DNA of 64,000 nt. It comes from Azolla caroliniana (taxonomy: Eukaryota > Plantae > Polypodiophyta). Within the stretch, counting starts at the first letter, position 1; every line of letters starts with the position of its first letter. The notes under the pieces were generated by a model that saw only the letters and a program-made list of their open reading frames with translations, searched no databases and was not told where the DNA came from. The DNA lies in assembly GCA_043228905.1 (NCBI GenBank), contig JBHGNT010000013.1, forward strand, positions 1,736,001 through 1,800,000, given 5' to 3'. The position numbers and the translations under genes were made by a program. Of the stretch, positions 40,551 through 53,140 are shown one piece after another.

Positions 40551-40844
40551 ATTGATATGACTTTCGGGCTATTTACAAATATAGCCCTAGTGGGCTCTCT
40601 GGAACATATTTACATATATGTCCCGTCCATCCAATGAGAGGTTCTCACCAGGCCTGCAACATCCGATTCTCATCGGGTCTTCCTTGCCAGGTACTCATCA
40701 TCCGGTTCTCACCGGATCTGCATCATCCATTGCCAGGTACTCCACATATGGTTCTCACCGGGTCTGCATCATCCATTGTCGGGTACTCTGTATCCCATCC
40801 GGGGGGACCGAGATCCTAACAATATTCGTGTAGAGAAACCAAGA
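40551..40844. repeat. 294-bp tandem duplication of the X-LTR end, its TSD and adjacent Y-LTR
   Basis: 40257-40550 repeated, ATT microhomology at 40257/40551/40845. Confidence 0.85.
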
Positions 40845-43065
40845 ATTAGCAGGCAAACAGAAAAACGTGAAGACACAAAGACACCGATATTTTATGTGGA
40901 AAACCCGAAACAGGAAAAACCACAGGGGTCCACAAACCTCGAGAAAACATATCACTATAGTAGAGAGGAAGTACAAATACGGAACTCAAAGGCAAAGACC
41001 TCGAGTTCTCCTTCATCTGATAGACGGCTACAGAGTTACACTCTCACTCACGGTTATAGAGGCAACTACCTCATTCTTACTTTTTCAATAATGACCAACT
41101 ACACTTACTAAAGTTTTCCCTAGTTTCTTATAAACAAAGCAACTTTCTAGCTATTTACAAGTATATCCCACAAGGGGCATTTTAGAATATTTACAATTAT
41201 AGTCTTCCGAAACGATTTCGGTTTTCGATTTTGATCTTTTATTTTGATTTTGATTTTGATTTCGGTTTCGGTTTCGGTTTCGGCCTCGGCTGAGATACTC
41301 ACCAACATGGTACTTCTCTTCCCATCCGGAGGGACATATTTCCCAACAAACTCCCCCTTCACTCCGGCATGGGGTACTTCACCAAACCGACTGTCTGGCG
41401 GCACGCATTTAGCTTTTCGGCTAACAACACCTTCATCAGCATATCCGATCCATTTTCGGCCGCGTGGACTTTACTAGAGCAAACTCCTTTTCTTCTACTC
41501 ACTCTCGGAGACAATGATATCTTCTCTGGATGTGTTTGGTCCTCGAGTGGTAGGCAACATTTTTCGCAAGGTGGATGGCACTCTAGTTATCACAATGGAG
41601 TTGGAATTCCTCCTGTCAAATTCTCAACTCACCGATAAACTCCTTCATCCATATGATTTCCTTCTCAACTCACCGATAAACTCCTTCATCCATATGATTT
41701 CCTTCTCAACTCACCGCTTCCACTGCAACCATATATTCGGCTTCCGTGGTCGACAACACCACGGCCTTCTGCAGCCTCGACTGCCACGAAACGGCTCCCA
41801 CTGCATAAGTCATTACGTACCCGGACATGGATCGGTTGGTATCCACATCAGCCGACATGTCCAAGTCAGTATAACCTTCCAGTTTGGGGTTACCTGAACC
41901 GAAACGAAGACACGTGTTCGAGGTGCCTTTTAGGAACCGAAGTATCCACTTCACGGCAGCCCAATGCTCTCTTCCAAGGTTGCTCATGTATCGGCTAACC
42001 ACGTCGACTGCGTATCATATGTCCGGCCCGGTACATACTATTGCATACATCAGGCTTCCAACCGACGAGGCATTAGGAACTTTTGGCATCTCGACCTTCT
42101 CGGTTTTCGATTTCAGACATTGTTCTTTACTTAGCTTGCAATTCATCAGTAGTGTCGAGCCAACTGGTTTCACGCTTTCCATGCTGAATCTCTGGAGCAC
42201 CTTTGTCACGTATTTTTCTTGTGACAGCCACAAAAATTTCTTTGTTCGATTCCGAACAAAGTGCATCCCCATGATTTGCTTTGTCGGACCCATATCCTTC
42301 ATCGAGAATGATCTGCTCAAGGCCTTCTTCAACACTCGGATCTTCCTGTGGTCCCGTCTGACAATCAGCATGTCGTCCATGTACAACAGGAGGATGAGGA
42401 GATCTCATCCGTTGAATTTCTTCACAAATACGCAGTGATCGGCCTACGTTTTGTGGTACTTGTTATCGGTCATGAAGGATTCAAAATTGCGGTACCATTG
42501 TCGAGGTGCTTGCTTCAGCCCGTACAGGTTCTTCCTTAGTCGGCATACTAGGCTCTCTTTACCTTTCTCCACAAATCCTTCCGGCTAGTGCATATAGATC
42601 TCCTCTTCGAGATCACCGTGCAAAAATGGCGTCTTGACATCCAGTTGTTCGACTTTGAGATCCATGCTGGCCGCAATGCTTAGCACGGTTCGGATTGACG
42701 TCATCTTTAAAACCGGAGCAAATACCATCGAAATCGACACCCTTCTTCTGCTGAAAACCTTTCACGATGATTCGTGCTTTGTACCTGGGTGGATTCCCTC
42801 CATCTCCCGGTTTCAACTTGTATACCCATTTATTCCAAAGTGCCTTCTTTCCTCTCGACAGTTCGGTCAGTTCATATATGTGTGGTTCTCATGCAAGGAA
42901 TTCATCTCCTCTTGCATGGCACTCAACCACTTTCAATTGTGGGTATCTTCGTTAGTTTCTTCAAAGCTTTCCGGCTCCCCCTGATCGGTCAGCAATACAC
43001 ACTCTTCATCCAGAAATCTTCCGGCTACAGTCATCAATGAAGGTCACAAAATATTATGAGCCACC

Positions 43066-46000
43066 TGTCATGAATCCGTGAACATTATGCTTTACCTGGA
43101 CTTGAACCCAAGACTGTGTCATGAACACATGACCATTATGGTGTCACCCGGACTTGAACCTCAAACCTTGTAATCCATAGTTGAAAACCTCAACCATTAA
43201 GATAGGTTATTGTCATATGAAAGGATTAAAGCTATTTTCTATATTACATTGATTATTGTAAAAACTCTAGATCATTCTAGAATGTTTTAGAATGTCCTAG
43301 AACATTCTAGAACATTATAGATATCTCTAAGCTATTCTATAAGAACCTATAAATAAGGGCATACATGTATCCTCAAATCAATTCGAATCAAACTGTCAAA
43401 ACAAAGTAAGAGATTGAACGATTGAAGGAACCTTTAATTTCCAGTCTTTTAGAGTGCATTGGTGGGGCAAATCATTTTACCAAGATTAATCTGAGGGGTT
43501 CATATAATCTTGTCCTTATTCGACCGGGAGATGAGTGGAAGACTGCATTTCGCTCTCAGTATGGCCATTTCGAGTATACAATCATGCCTTTTGGGCTCAC
43601 AAATGCTCCCGCCGTGTTTCAACATATGGCAAATGACATTTTCTGAGATTTTCTAGATATCTTTCTCATCATCTATTTAGATGATCTATTGATCTACTCT
43701 AGAACACAGGCGGAGCATGATATACATGTGCGGAAGGACTCCAACGCTTAAGAGAGTATGGTCTTTATGCCAAACTGGAGAAGTGCAGTTTTGATTGCAA
43801 AGAAGTTGAGTTCTTGGGTTATACCATTTCATCCAAAGGTATCTTCATGGATCCAACGAAAGCTCAAATAATATTGGAATAGCATACTCCAAGTTCCATC
43901 CACGATGTCTAGTGTTTCCTTGGATTTTCCAGCTTCTACCGCAAATTCATATGGAATTATTCGAAGATTGTATTGCCGCTTACTCAACTCACCAAGAGAA
44001 ATCCAGCATTTGTTTGAACTCCTGAAGCAGACAAAGCCTTTACTCAGTTGAAAGAGGCATTCACATCAGCTCCTGTCTTAGCTCATGTTGCCATTTATCA
44101 TTGAGGCAGACGCATCCGACTTTGCCTTGGGGAGCATCCTATCATAGCCAGGTGAAGATGGGCAGTTGCATCTAGTCGCGTTTCACTCAAGAAAATTTAA
44201 TGTTGTGGAGATCAACTACGAGGTGCATGACAAAGAGTTACTCGTTGTGGTCGACTCTTTTGTGCAATGGAGACATTTCTTGGAAGGTTCACCGCATCAA
44301 ATCATCATTTACAGTGAGCACAAAAATCTGACATATTTTCAAATGGCTCGAGTGCTAAATAGGCGACAAGCTCGGTGGGCGCAATTTTTAACTCGTTTTG
44401 ATTTCAAGATCATTTTCCGCCCAGGGAAACAACAAGGGCAAGCAGATGCTCTATCTCGACGCTCATATTTGGCACTTCGACCTGGAGATCCAATTTCCGA
44501 CAATCAAAGGCAAAACTACAAGCAACCACGGTTTGTGCCACACCACTGGATTCAAGTCTTCTTGATACTATTCGACAACAACTTCACTCTGATGATTTTG
44601 CTAAGGATGTCTTCGCCCACCTTGATTCAAATCATGCATTTTGCTCCACATTGCCAGGGACATCTCGACGCCATAAGAGTTCAAGTGGCAAGATAACTTA
44701 CTTTTCTACAAGAATCTCCTTTATGTCCCTGATGGATCACCACGCCTTCGAGTGTTGGAGCACTGTCATGATGCCCGTATGGCCGAACACTTTGGTATTG
44801 CTAAGACCATGGAGCTAGTGAAGCGATCATTTTGGTGGCCTCATTTACAACAATTTGTTGAAGATTACGTTCGCACATGTGACACATGTTGTCAAGCTAA
44901 AATGCCTAGGCATCATCCTTATTGGTTGTTACAACCATTTCCGACTCCGAGCAAGCCATGACAGTCAATTTCTATGGATTTCATTATAGATCTACCACCT
45001 TCACAGGGTTTTGATGCTATTTTAACCGTAGTGGATCGATTAACCAAGATGGCACATTTCTTGCCCCGCGTAAAAAGCATCAATAGTCAAGAAACAACAG
45101 ATATCATTATGCGTGAAGTATTTCGTCATCATGGTCTTCCAAACGACATAATTAGTGATCGTGGTCCGCAATTTATCTCTCACTTTTGGAAGCACCTATG
45201 TGACGGGCTCCGAATCTCTTGCAAACTCTCTTCATCATATCATCCCGAAACTGATGGCCAAACAAAGCGCACAAATCAAACACTTGAGCAGTATCTTCGA
45301 TGTTTCATCAGTTAACAACAAGATGATTGGAGTCATATATTGCATCTTGTAGAGTTTACATACAATAACACCATACACTCTTCTACCAAGGTCACACCTT
45401 TCTATGCCTATATTGGCAACCATCCTCGATGGTGTCTCTTGGACATTCCAATGATCTCACCAAACCCTAGTGAGGAGCAGCACCTCCACCGACTCCAATA
45501 CCTCCAATCCGAGTTGTCTTCACAGCTTCAAAAAGCTCAAGCCCAACATAAGGCCCACGCAGATCAACATCGTCTTCCGTCTCCGTTCAAGGTTGGTGAT
45601 CGGGTATGGTTGTTACGCCATCACATAAAGACTACTCGACTGTGTGATAAGCTAGATTATAAACTCTTGGGTCCTTTTGTCATCACAAAGCGAATTAATG
45701 ATGCACCATTCCGTCTTGATCTTCCTGCAAATTTGCGGCTTCATCCAGTCTTTCACAGTTCTCTTTTGGAACCTTGCCACACCAGCTCGATTCCCAATCG
45801 TGTCGTGCCGCCACCGCTTCCTCTCCAACTTGGTGATGGCCCAAAGTACGAGGTAGCCGCCATTCTCGATTCTAATATTGTGCGCAATAAGTTGTATTAT
45901 CTAGTTGATTGGCTAGGCTAACCCCACGCGATTGCACATGGGAACCCGTCGATAATGTTTGTAATGCTCAAGCTCTTATCGACGACTTCCATCGCCACCA

Positions 46001-46568
46001 TCCCAACAAACCCGGTCCTACATTGTTAACATCTCCTTCCACTCGTCCTTTAAGAGGAGGGATAGTGTCATGAATCCGTGAACATTATGCTTCACCTGGA
46101 CTTGAACCCAAGACTGTGTCATGAACACATGACCATTACGGCGTCACCCGGGCTTGAACCTCAAACCTTGTAATCCATAGTTGAAAACCTCAACCATTCA
46201 GATAGCTTATTGTCATATGAGAAAATAAAAGCTACTTTCTATATTACATTGATTATTGTAAAAACTCTAGATCATTCTATAATGTTCTAGAATGTTCTAG
46301 AATGTCCTATAACATTCTAGAACATTCTAGAACATTATAGATATCTCTAAGCTATTCTATAGGAACCTATAAATAAGGGCATAAATGTATTCTTAAATCA
46401 ATTCAAATCAACTCTAGTCTTTAGCTCCAAGCCCACCTTGTATCCAACTCATCCTTGTAATCATTCTATTCTAATAAACCCGCTCTTCTTTTATCAATCC
46501 ATTCTCCTCTCTCCTTCTATTCTCTTATACCTTCTTTCAATCGTTCAATCTCTTACTTTGTTCTGACA
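43066..46568 (+). mobile_element. Chromovirus element D, gag/PR deleted
   Basis: TSD CCACC, 3' LTR 46066-46568, truncated 5' LTR 43066-43393, PPT AAGAGGAGGGATAG, RT-RNaseH-IN-chromodomain remnants. Confidence 0.92.
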
Positions 46569-49202
46569 CCACCATGTGATTTCGTGTCCACATAGCATAC
46601 GTCTGTATGCACGAGTTCCAACGGCATTTTCTTCCTCATCAAGGGCCTTGCTCGGAAGGATGTTCAATTCTGCTTGCTGGCCAAGCAATCAATGCACTTC
46701 TCAAGTTGCACATTCTTCACCTCCGGAATGAGGTTGTCCTAGGTAAGCTTTCGCATCCCTTTCTGGCTCATGTGGCACAACCTCCTGTGGCACAGTTCAC
46801 CGACCGTGTTGACTGCCACGTTTACTTCCCCTCGGCATATTCGAGCATTCATTATGTAAAGTGTGTTGTTCTTCCGAGCTCGAGCCACGATCAAGCTTCC
46901 TCTGGAGAACTTCATGACACCGTTCCGGATGCTACCCATGTAGCCTTCGTCATCTAGCCGATCGACTAATATTAGGTTCAATCGAGCCTTCGAAACATGT
47001 CATACATCTCTCAACACGAGTCTGCACCCGATTGAGGTTTTCAAACACACATCTCCAATGCCGACGATTCGGCATGCTCCTTCATTTACCATCTTTATAG
47101 ATCCGAGATCTCCAACTCTGTAGGATGAGAAGCACTTTCGGTCAAGGGTTAGGTGAAACGACGCACCCGAATCGACCACCCACGTCTATTCTTTGCCTAC
47201 GAGATTCACTTCGTTTTGCTCACTAATGAGCAACAACTCCTCCTCACTCACAACAATTGCTGGGGTGTCCTTCCTGTCCGGGTCTAGGATTTTCTTCAGC
47301 GCTACACCATCAACTCCCCCTTTCTCCTTTCGAAAGTGTCGGCAGTTTTTCTCGAAGTGCCTCGGCTTCCCACAATAGAAGCATGTGGGTCTCCCCCTCG
47401 ATTTTGACCTAGTCCCCGACTTATCTCGGTTTTGGGAACTTCGATTTCAGCTTCTTCCCCGAATCGTGTCACCTTCCGTGACTAAGGCCTTCTGGTCGGT
47501 ATTGGACTCTTGGTCCTTCTGGAGAGCTTCTTCGTTTAGCAAGCTCGACTTCACTTGCTCTAGGGATAGGTGTTTCCCTTCCGGTCCTACGTTGCCCAAT
47601 GTGACAACCATCATTTCCCAACTGTCCAGAAGGGATCCTAGCAACAACAATGCTAATACCTCGTCGGCCAGAGGTACTTCTAGAGAGGTGGTTTGGTTCA
47701 TCAATCCTTGGAAGGCATTGATGTGCTCCGCCATACTAGAGCCATCCTGATACCAGAGCCTCACGATTTTTCGAAATACTAAGACTCAGTTCACGACGTG
47801 TTGTTTTCGAACATGACGTCGATCTTCTTCCATAGGACGTCTGCTTCTGTTTCTTCGCCGAAGTTGTTGTATAGACTCATGTCTATAAAACACCTTATAT
47901 ATGTGGCTACCTTTAGATGCAACACTTCCCAAGTCGCTGCATCGATATTGTCTGGTCTTTTATCTCCGAACTGCACCGACAGCCAGAGGTCTTTGCACAC
48001 GAGCATGTCTCTCATTTTCGACTTCCACACTGAGTAGTTGGAGACGGTTAGCTTAAACATGCCGCCAAACAAGTCTTCCATCGCTCTGATACCACTTTGT
48101 TAGGAAACAACCGACCACAACTGGTTACACATTCGTATTCATGTACAGAAACCAAGAATTAGCAGGCAGATAGAAAAACGTGAAGACACAGAGACACCGA
48201 TATTTTACGTGGAAAACCCGAAATGGGAAAAACCACGGGGGTCCACAAACCCCGAGAAAACAGATCACTATGGTAGAGAGGAAGTACAAATACGGAACTC
48301 GGAGACAAAGACCTCAAGTTCTCCTTCATCTAACAGATGGTTACAGAGTTACACTCTCACTCACGGTTATAGAGGCAACTACCTCGTTCTTACTTTTTCA
48401 ATAATGATCAACTACACTTACTAAAGTTTGCCCTAGTTGCTTATAAACAAAAACAACTTTTTGGCTATTCACAAGTATAGCCCATACAGTGTCGTGAAGA
48501 AAACCGTCCCCTGGCGCAATCGGTGAATAGCGCACATGAACCGGCCCTTCACGTGTGCGCGCTCTTAGTGTATATAATATAGAGAATTAGGTACAGAGAG
48601 AGATCCGGGGTAGTTAGATTCGGTAGGTAGGAAGTAAATGAGGGAGACGGCTCCCTTCTTGACGCTATAAAGGAGAGGGAGACGCAGGGAGAAGGGGGCG
48701 CGCATTAAGGAGGACGAACTGTTGTCGGACCGGAACCGAACGCTTCTCCTCTATCTGTTCTCTGTTGCTCTTCTCTGCAGGTCTCGGGAGGCTCGCGCTG
48801 CTTCGAGGAACGCCCGTGTGCTTCCAGCAGCACCTCCATCATATCCCCATTTCGTGCGCAGACGAACAGGCATCAGCATCTGTTCGCCAGCCTGTTCGGT
48901 TGTAGCCGCTCGCGCGTTCTGCTGTGTACTTGTTATTCGTTAATATACAAACATTTGTCTCTCCCTGTCTCTGTGTCCATTCGCGTCTTCTGTGCTGACG
49001 AGCCACGCCCCTGTGTTTCTTTGCTCATACGTGACCGGGCGTCTCTCTCCTTCTCTTTCCCCTTCTATCACCTGCTCTTTGGTTCAAGACCCCGGTGGTC
49101 CTGCTGTCATGAATAGTACTGAGACAGAGAAGGAATCAGTACTAAACGAAGGAGTAGTACTACGAGAGGTGTGAACTTCTTCGAGAGAAGGGAGAAGTGA
49201 GT

Positions 49203-49256
<54 letters not shown>

Positions 49257-49543
49257 TGATAAGAAAGATATTTATTATATGAAGAGAATATACAACGGCG
49301 GCTAAAAGGCTTAAGACTGGCGTTGAACCAATTTGGTTCAACATAATGCCTAGTGCCCTCTTTTATAGTGTTTTCAGGAGTAATCCTGAAGCTTCTAGAA
49401 TGTTCCAGAGAAATCTGGAATATACACTAATTTCCTATAATAAAATGTAAATGAAAATAATATCCTACGTATTACAATAGATGGTCTAATGGTCAAGAGC
49501 TCGACCCATATAACCTAAGGTCATGGGTTCGAGTCTTGCCATA

Positions 49544-52500
49544 TCATGACACTATCCCCCCTTTAAAACGACGAGTGTCACGAGTCGTCTTGGATTGAGG
49601 ACCCGGTTTGTGTGGATATTGACGATGGAAGTCTTCAAGAAGAGCACGAGCATTGGTTACATTCTCAATCGGTTCCCAAGTACGTTTGCTGGGACTATAG
49701 CCTAGCCAATCGACTAGATAGTAGAGCTTGTTGCGAACAATCTTGGAATCAAGGATGGCGGCAACCTCGTACTCCGGCCCATCTTCAAGCTCGATCGGGG
49801 GTGGAGGTTGGATAAGACGTTCTGGGATGGTGCTCTCGTGGTAGGGTTCGAAGAGAGAACTATGAAACACCGGATGTATCCGAAGTTGAGGAGGTAGATC
49901 GAGACGAAAAGCGACATCATTAATCTTTCCAATAATACGGAAAGGACCTAATCGCCGATAATCCAACTTCTCACATGGGCGAGTAGTCTTGATGTGTCGT
50001 CGTAGCAGCCACACTCGATCTCCAATATTAAAACTAGATGGAAGTCGATGACGATCCGCGTAGACCTTGTGTGTTTGTTGAGCTTGCTGGAGATGAGTAG
50101 ATAAATCCGCTTGTATCTTGCGTAACCGCTCCAAACGATCCTCTGCGCACGGATTTGTGGACACCTCTGGGGTTTCAAGTACACTCCACCGAGGGTGACA
50201 TCCCGTATAAGCATAAAATGGCGTAACTTTAGTGGATGCGTGGATAGAGTTGTTATAGGCAAATTCGGCGAAGTGGAGAATATCTGCCCAGTCGTCCTGA
50301 TGATAGCTGAGAAAGCACCGTAGATACTGCTCCAACGTTTGATTTGTTCGTTCAGCTTGGCCGTCAGTTTGTGGGTGGTAGCCGGAAGAGAGATTACAAG
50401 TGACCTTGAGCATGTTAAAAAGGTGCTTCCAAAATTTTGACACGAACTGGGGTCCACGGTCGCTGATGATACTATCGGGGAGTCCATGATGCCGACATAC
50501 TTCACGCATGACAATTTCGGCAGTGTCTTCACTAGAGATCTCCTTAGTACATGGCAAGAAATGAGCCATCTTCGTATATCGATCGACCACCGTTAGAATT
50601 GCATTGAACCCCTTAGAGACTGGAAGATCTGTGATGAAGTCTAGAGCAATGGATTGCCACGGCTTGCTTGGAATTGGTAATGGTTCTAATAAACCATATG
50701 GATGATGCTTTGGCATTTTCGCTCTGCAACATGTATCACAAGTCCGAACAAAATCCTCGACAAATTGTCGCATACAGGGCCACCAGAATGATCGTTGTAC
50801 TAAATGTAATGTTTTAGTACTACCAAAATGCCCAGCTGTATATGTGTCATGACAGTTTTGTACTACTCGAAGGCGGCAAGAACCATTAGGAACATACAAA
50901 AGTTCTTTAAAGAAGAGTAATCCATCATGGTATTTGAATTGCCGATAGTCCGTACCTGGTGGTTGCGACTGTGAACACGACGCTCGAGAGGGATCAATTT
51001 GTGCTAGTATAGCTTGGGCGAACGCATCTGTCTTCAAGTCTTCACGTATGGTATCGATAACGTGGGAATCCATAGGCATGTCAAAGATTTGTGTTGCTTG
51101 TAGTCGTGCCGGTCCCAAGATGACTTGTTTTTGGTTATCGAAAGCTGGCTCGCCAGGACGGGGTGCTAGATACGAACGCCGTGATAATGCATCTGGCTTC
51201 CCTTGGTGCCTCCCCGGACGATATGTAATTTTGAAGTCGAAACGCGTGAGGAAGTGGGCCCACCGAGCTTGACGTCGATTCAGCACACGAGCATCCTGAA
51301 AGTAGGCAAGATTCTTGTGGTCACTAAATACGGTGACTGGATGAGAAGATCCCTCCAGAAAATGCCTCCATTGCATAAAAGAATCCACTATTGCCAATAG
51401 CTCCTTATCATGAATTTCGTAGTTGATTTCGGCGGCATCAAACTTGCGTGAGTGAAAAGCCACAGGATGTAGCTTTTCATCATTCCCCTGTTGTGACAGA
51501 ATGCTCCCCAATGCAAAATCCGATGCGTCAGCTTCGATAATGAATGGTTTCTCCGGATCGACATGAGCTAGAATTGGAGCCGATGTAAATGCTTTTTTAA
51601 GACTCTCGAAAGCCATGTCCGTTTCTTCAGACCAGATGAACGGTTGTCCCTTCCTGGTAAGTTGTGTGAGAGGTAGAACGATCTTTGAGTAATCTTGTAT
51701 GAACTTCCGGTAAAAATTGGCAAAGCCTAAGAAGCATTGCACATCCCGTACCGAACGCGGAGTCTGCCATTCTACCACCGTTTTGACCTTAGTTGGGTCC
51801 ATGGAGATGCCTTCTGACGAAATGATGTAGCCGAGAAATTGCACTTGGTTGCACCCGAAACTACATTTTTCTAGCTTTGCATACAGACCATGTTCTCGAA
51901 GTCGTTTTAGTACTAATAGTACATGAGAATCATGTTCTTCTTGGGTCTTTGAATAAACCAGTAGATCATCCAAATAGATGATCAAACAATCATCCAATAG
52001 ATCTCGGAATATATCATTAGCCATGTGCCGGAAGACTGCCGGCGCATTAGTGAGGTCGAACGGCATGACAGTATACTCGAAGTGCCCATATCTGGTGCGA
52101 AATGCGGTCTTCCATTCGTCTCCTGGTCGGATCCGTACGAGGTTATATGCTCCCCGTAAGTCGATCTTCGTGAAGAACCTGGCACCATTGATCCGTTCTA
52201 AAAGACTTGAGATAAGGGGAAGAGCATACCTATTCCTGATTGTAACCTTATTTAAGCCACGGTAATCTACAACGAGACGAAGCGATCCATCTTTTTTCTT
52301 GACGAAGAAAATGGGCGCACCGGCTGGAGATTTCGAATGTCGAATGAAACCATTTTCCAAATTCTCCTCTATATAGGCACGAAGGACTTCCAGCTCGGTT
52401 GGTGACAAATTGTAGATCGGTCCCCATGGCGGCTCTTTTCCCGGTTGTAAATCGATGGGGCAATCGTACAGTCGATGATGAGGAAGTGTGTTGGCTTGTA

Positions 52501-53101
52501 CTTTATCGAACACATCGGTGTAATGACGATACTTCTCGGGAAGTTGAACGGTGGATTCTTCTTTAGTGGTGTTGGAGGGGTTTACTGATATTGCAAAGAG
52601 GAACATTTCCTCCTTGTGCCCTTCTTTACGCAACTGACGTAGCGAAATGGTTGCCATCTTCTGAGTTGACCCTTGGGTTTGTCGACACCGGATTTCTCTT
52701 GTTCTCCAATCTATGTCAGGGTTATGTAACTCGAACCACGGTAGTCCTAAAACTATAGGATGTTCTGGGATACTAATAATATTAAATGATACTACACATG
52801 CTAAGTTATCTAGGACAATATTAATGGGCTCTGACTCTTCTATGATATTTCCGGAAGCAATGGGACGCCCATCAATGACTACTACAGAGGCTGGACACTG
52901 GAGTTTTCTTAGGGATATCTTATGAGCTTGAGCAAATTTCTTATCCATAAAGCAAGAGTTAGCTCCGGAATCTAGGAGTGCTAGGACATGTACTGGAGGG
53001 GTACTTTTAGTACTAACTATTACTTGGGCTACAAATACATCACTAACTTGCTTAGAGGGAATGGAACCACTAATGGGCTGCACAGATCTAGGGCTGTCCA
53101 A
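49544..53101 (-). CDS. pol: Pol polyprotein: PR-RT-RNaseH-IN-chromodomain (1185 aa)
   Basis: LLDSGA, YLDD, ADASD, HHCC/DDE, C-terminal YEVAAILDSK..YLVDWLGY..TWEP chromodomain. Confidence 0.97.
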   Translation of the reverse strand: MDSPRSVQPISGSIPSKQVSDVFVAQVIVSTKSTPPVHVLALLDSGANSCFMDKKFAQAHKISLRKLQCPASVVVIDGRPIASGNIIEESEPINIVLDNLACVVSFNIISIPEHPIVLGLPWFELHNPDIDWRTREIRCRQTQGSTQKMATISLRQLRKEGHKEEMFLFAISVNPSNTTKEESTVQLPEKYRHYTDVFDKVQANTLPHHRLYDCPIDLQPGKEPPWGPIYNLSPTELEVLRAYIEENLENGFIRHSKSPAGAPIFFVKKKDGSLRLVVDYRGLNKVTIRNRYALPLISSLLERINGARFFTKIDLRGAYNLVRIRPGDEWKTAFRTRYGHFEYTVMPFDLTNAPAVFRHMANDIFRDLLDDCLIIYLDDLLVYSKTQEEHDSHVLLVLKRLREHGLYAKLEKCSFGCNQVQFLGYIISSEGISMDPTKVKTVVEWQTPRSVRDVQCFLGFANFYRKFIQDYSKIVLPLTQLTRKGQPFIWSEETDMAFESLKKAFTSAPILAHVDPEKPFIIEADASDFALGSILSQQGNDEKLHPVAFHSRKFDAAEINYEIHDKELLAIVDSFMQWRHFLEGSSHPVTVFSDHKNLAYFQDARVLNRRQARWAHFLTRFDFKITYRPGRHQGKPDALSRRSYLAPRPGEPAFDNQKQVILGPARLQATQIFDMPMDSHVIDTIREDLKTDAFAQAILAQIDPSRASCSQSQPPGTDYRQFKYHDGLLFFKELLYVPNGSCRLRVVQNCHDTYTAGHFGSTKTLHLVQRSFWWPCMRQFVEDFVRTCDTCCRAKMPKHHPYGLLEPLPIPSKPWQSIALDFITDLPVSKGFNAILTVVDRYTKMAHFLPCTKEISSEDTAEIVMREVCRHHGLPDSIISDRGPQFVSKFWKHLFNMLKVTCNLSSGYHPQTDGQAERTNQTLEQYLRCFLSYHQDDWADILHFAEFAYNNSIHASTKVTPFYAYTGCHPRWSVLETPEVSTNPCAEDRLERLRKIQADLSTHLQQAQQTHKVYADRHRLPSSFNIGDRVWLLRRHIKTTRPCEKLDYRRLGPFRIIGKINDVAFRLDLPPQLRIHPVFHSSLFEPYHESTIPERLIQPPPPIELEDGPEYEVAAILDSKIVRNKLYYLVDWLGYSPSKRTWEPIENVTNARALLEDFHRQYPHKPGPQSKTTRDTRRFKGGIVS

Positions 53102-53140
53102 CCAAACGGCTCCTATTTTGGCTGGACTTAGTCGTTTAAC
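53096..53140 (-). promoter_or_regulatory. Putative -1 ribosomal frameshift signal
   Basis: G_UUA_AAC, 6-nt spacer, stem GUCCAGCCAAA/UUUGGUUGGAC. pol is in the -1 frame and open across it. Confidence 0.7.

Noticed and set aside
49475-49545. Functional tRNA genes in LTRs (also 31903-31970)
   Set aside because: No convincing acceptor stem or full cloverleaf. Kept only as tRNA-like promoter cassettes.
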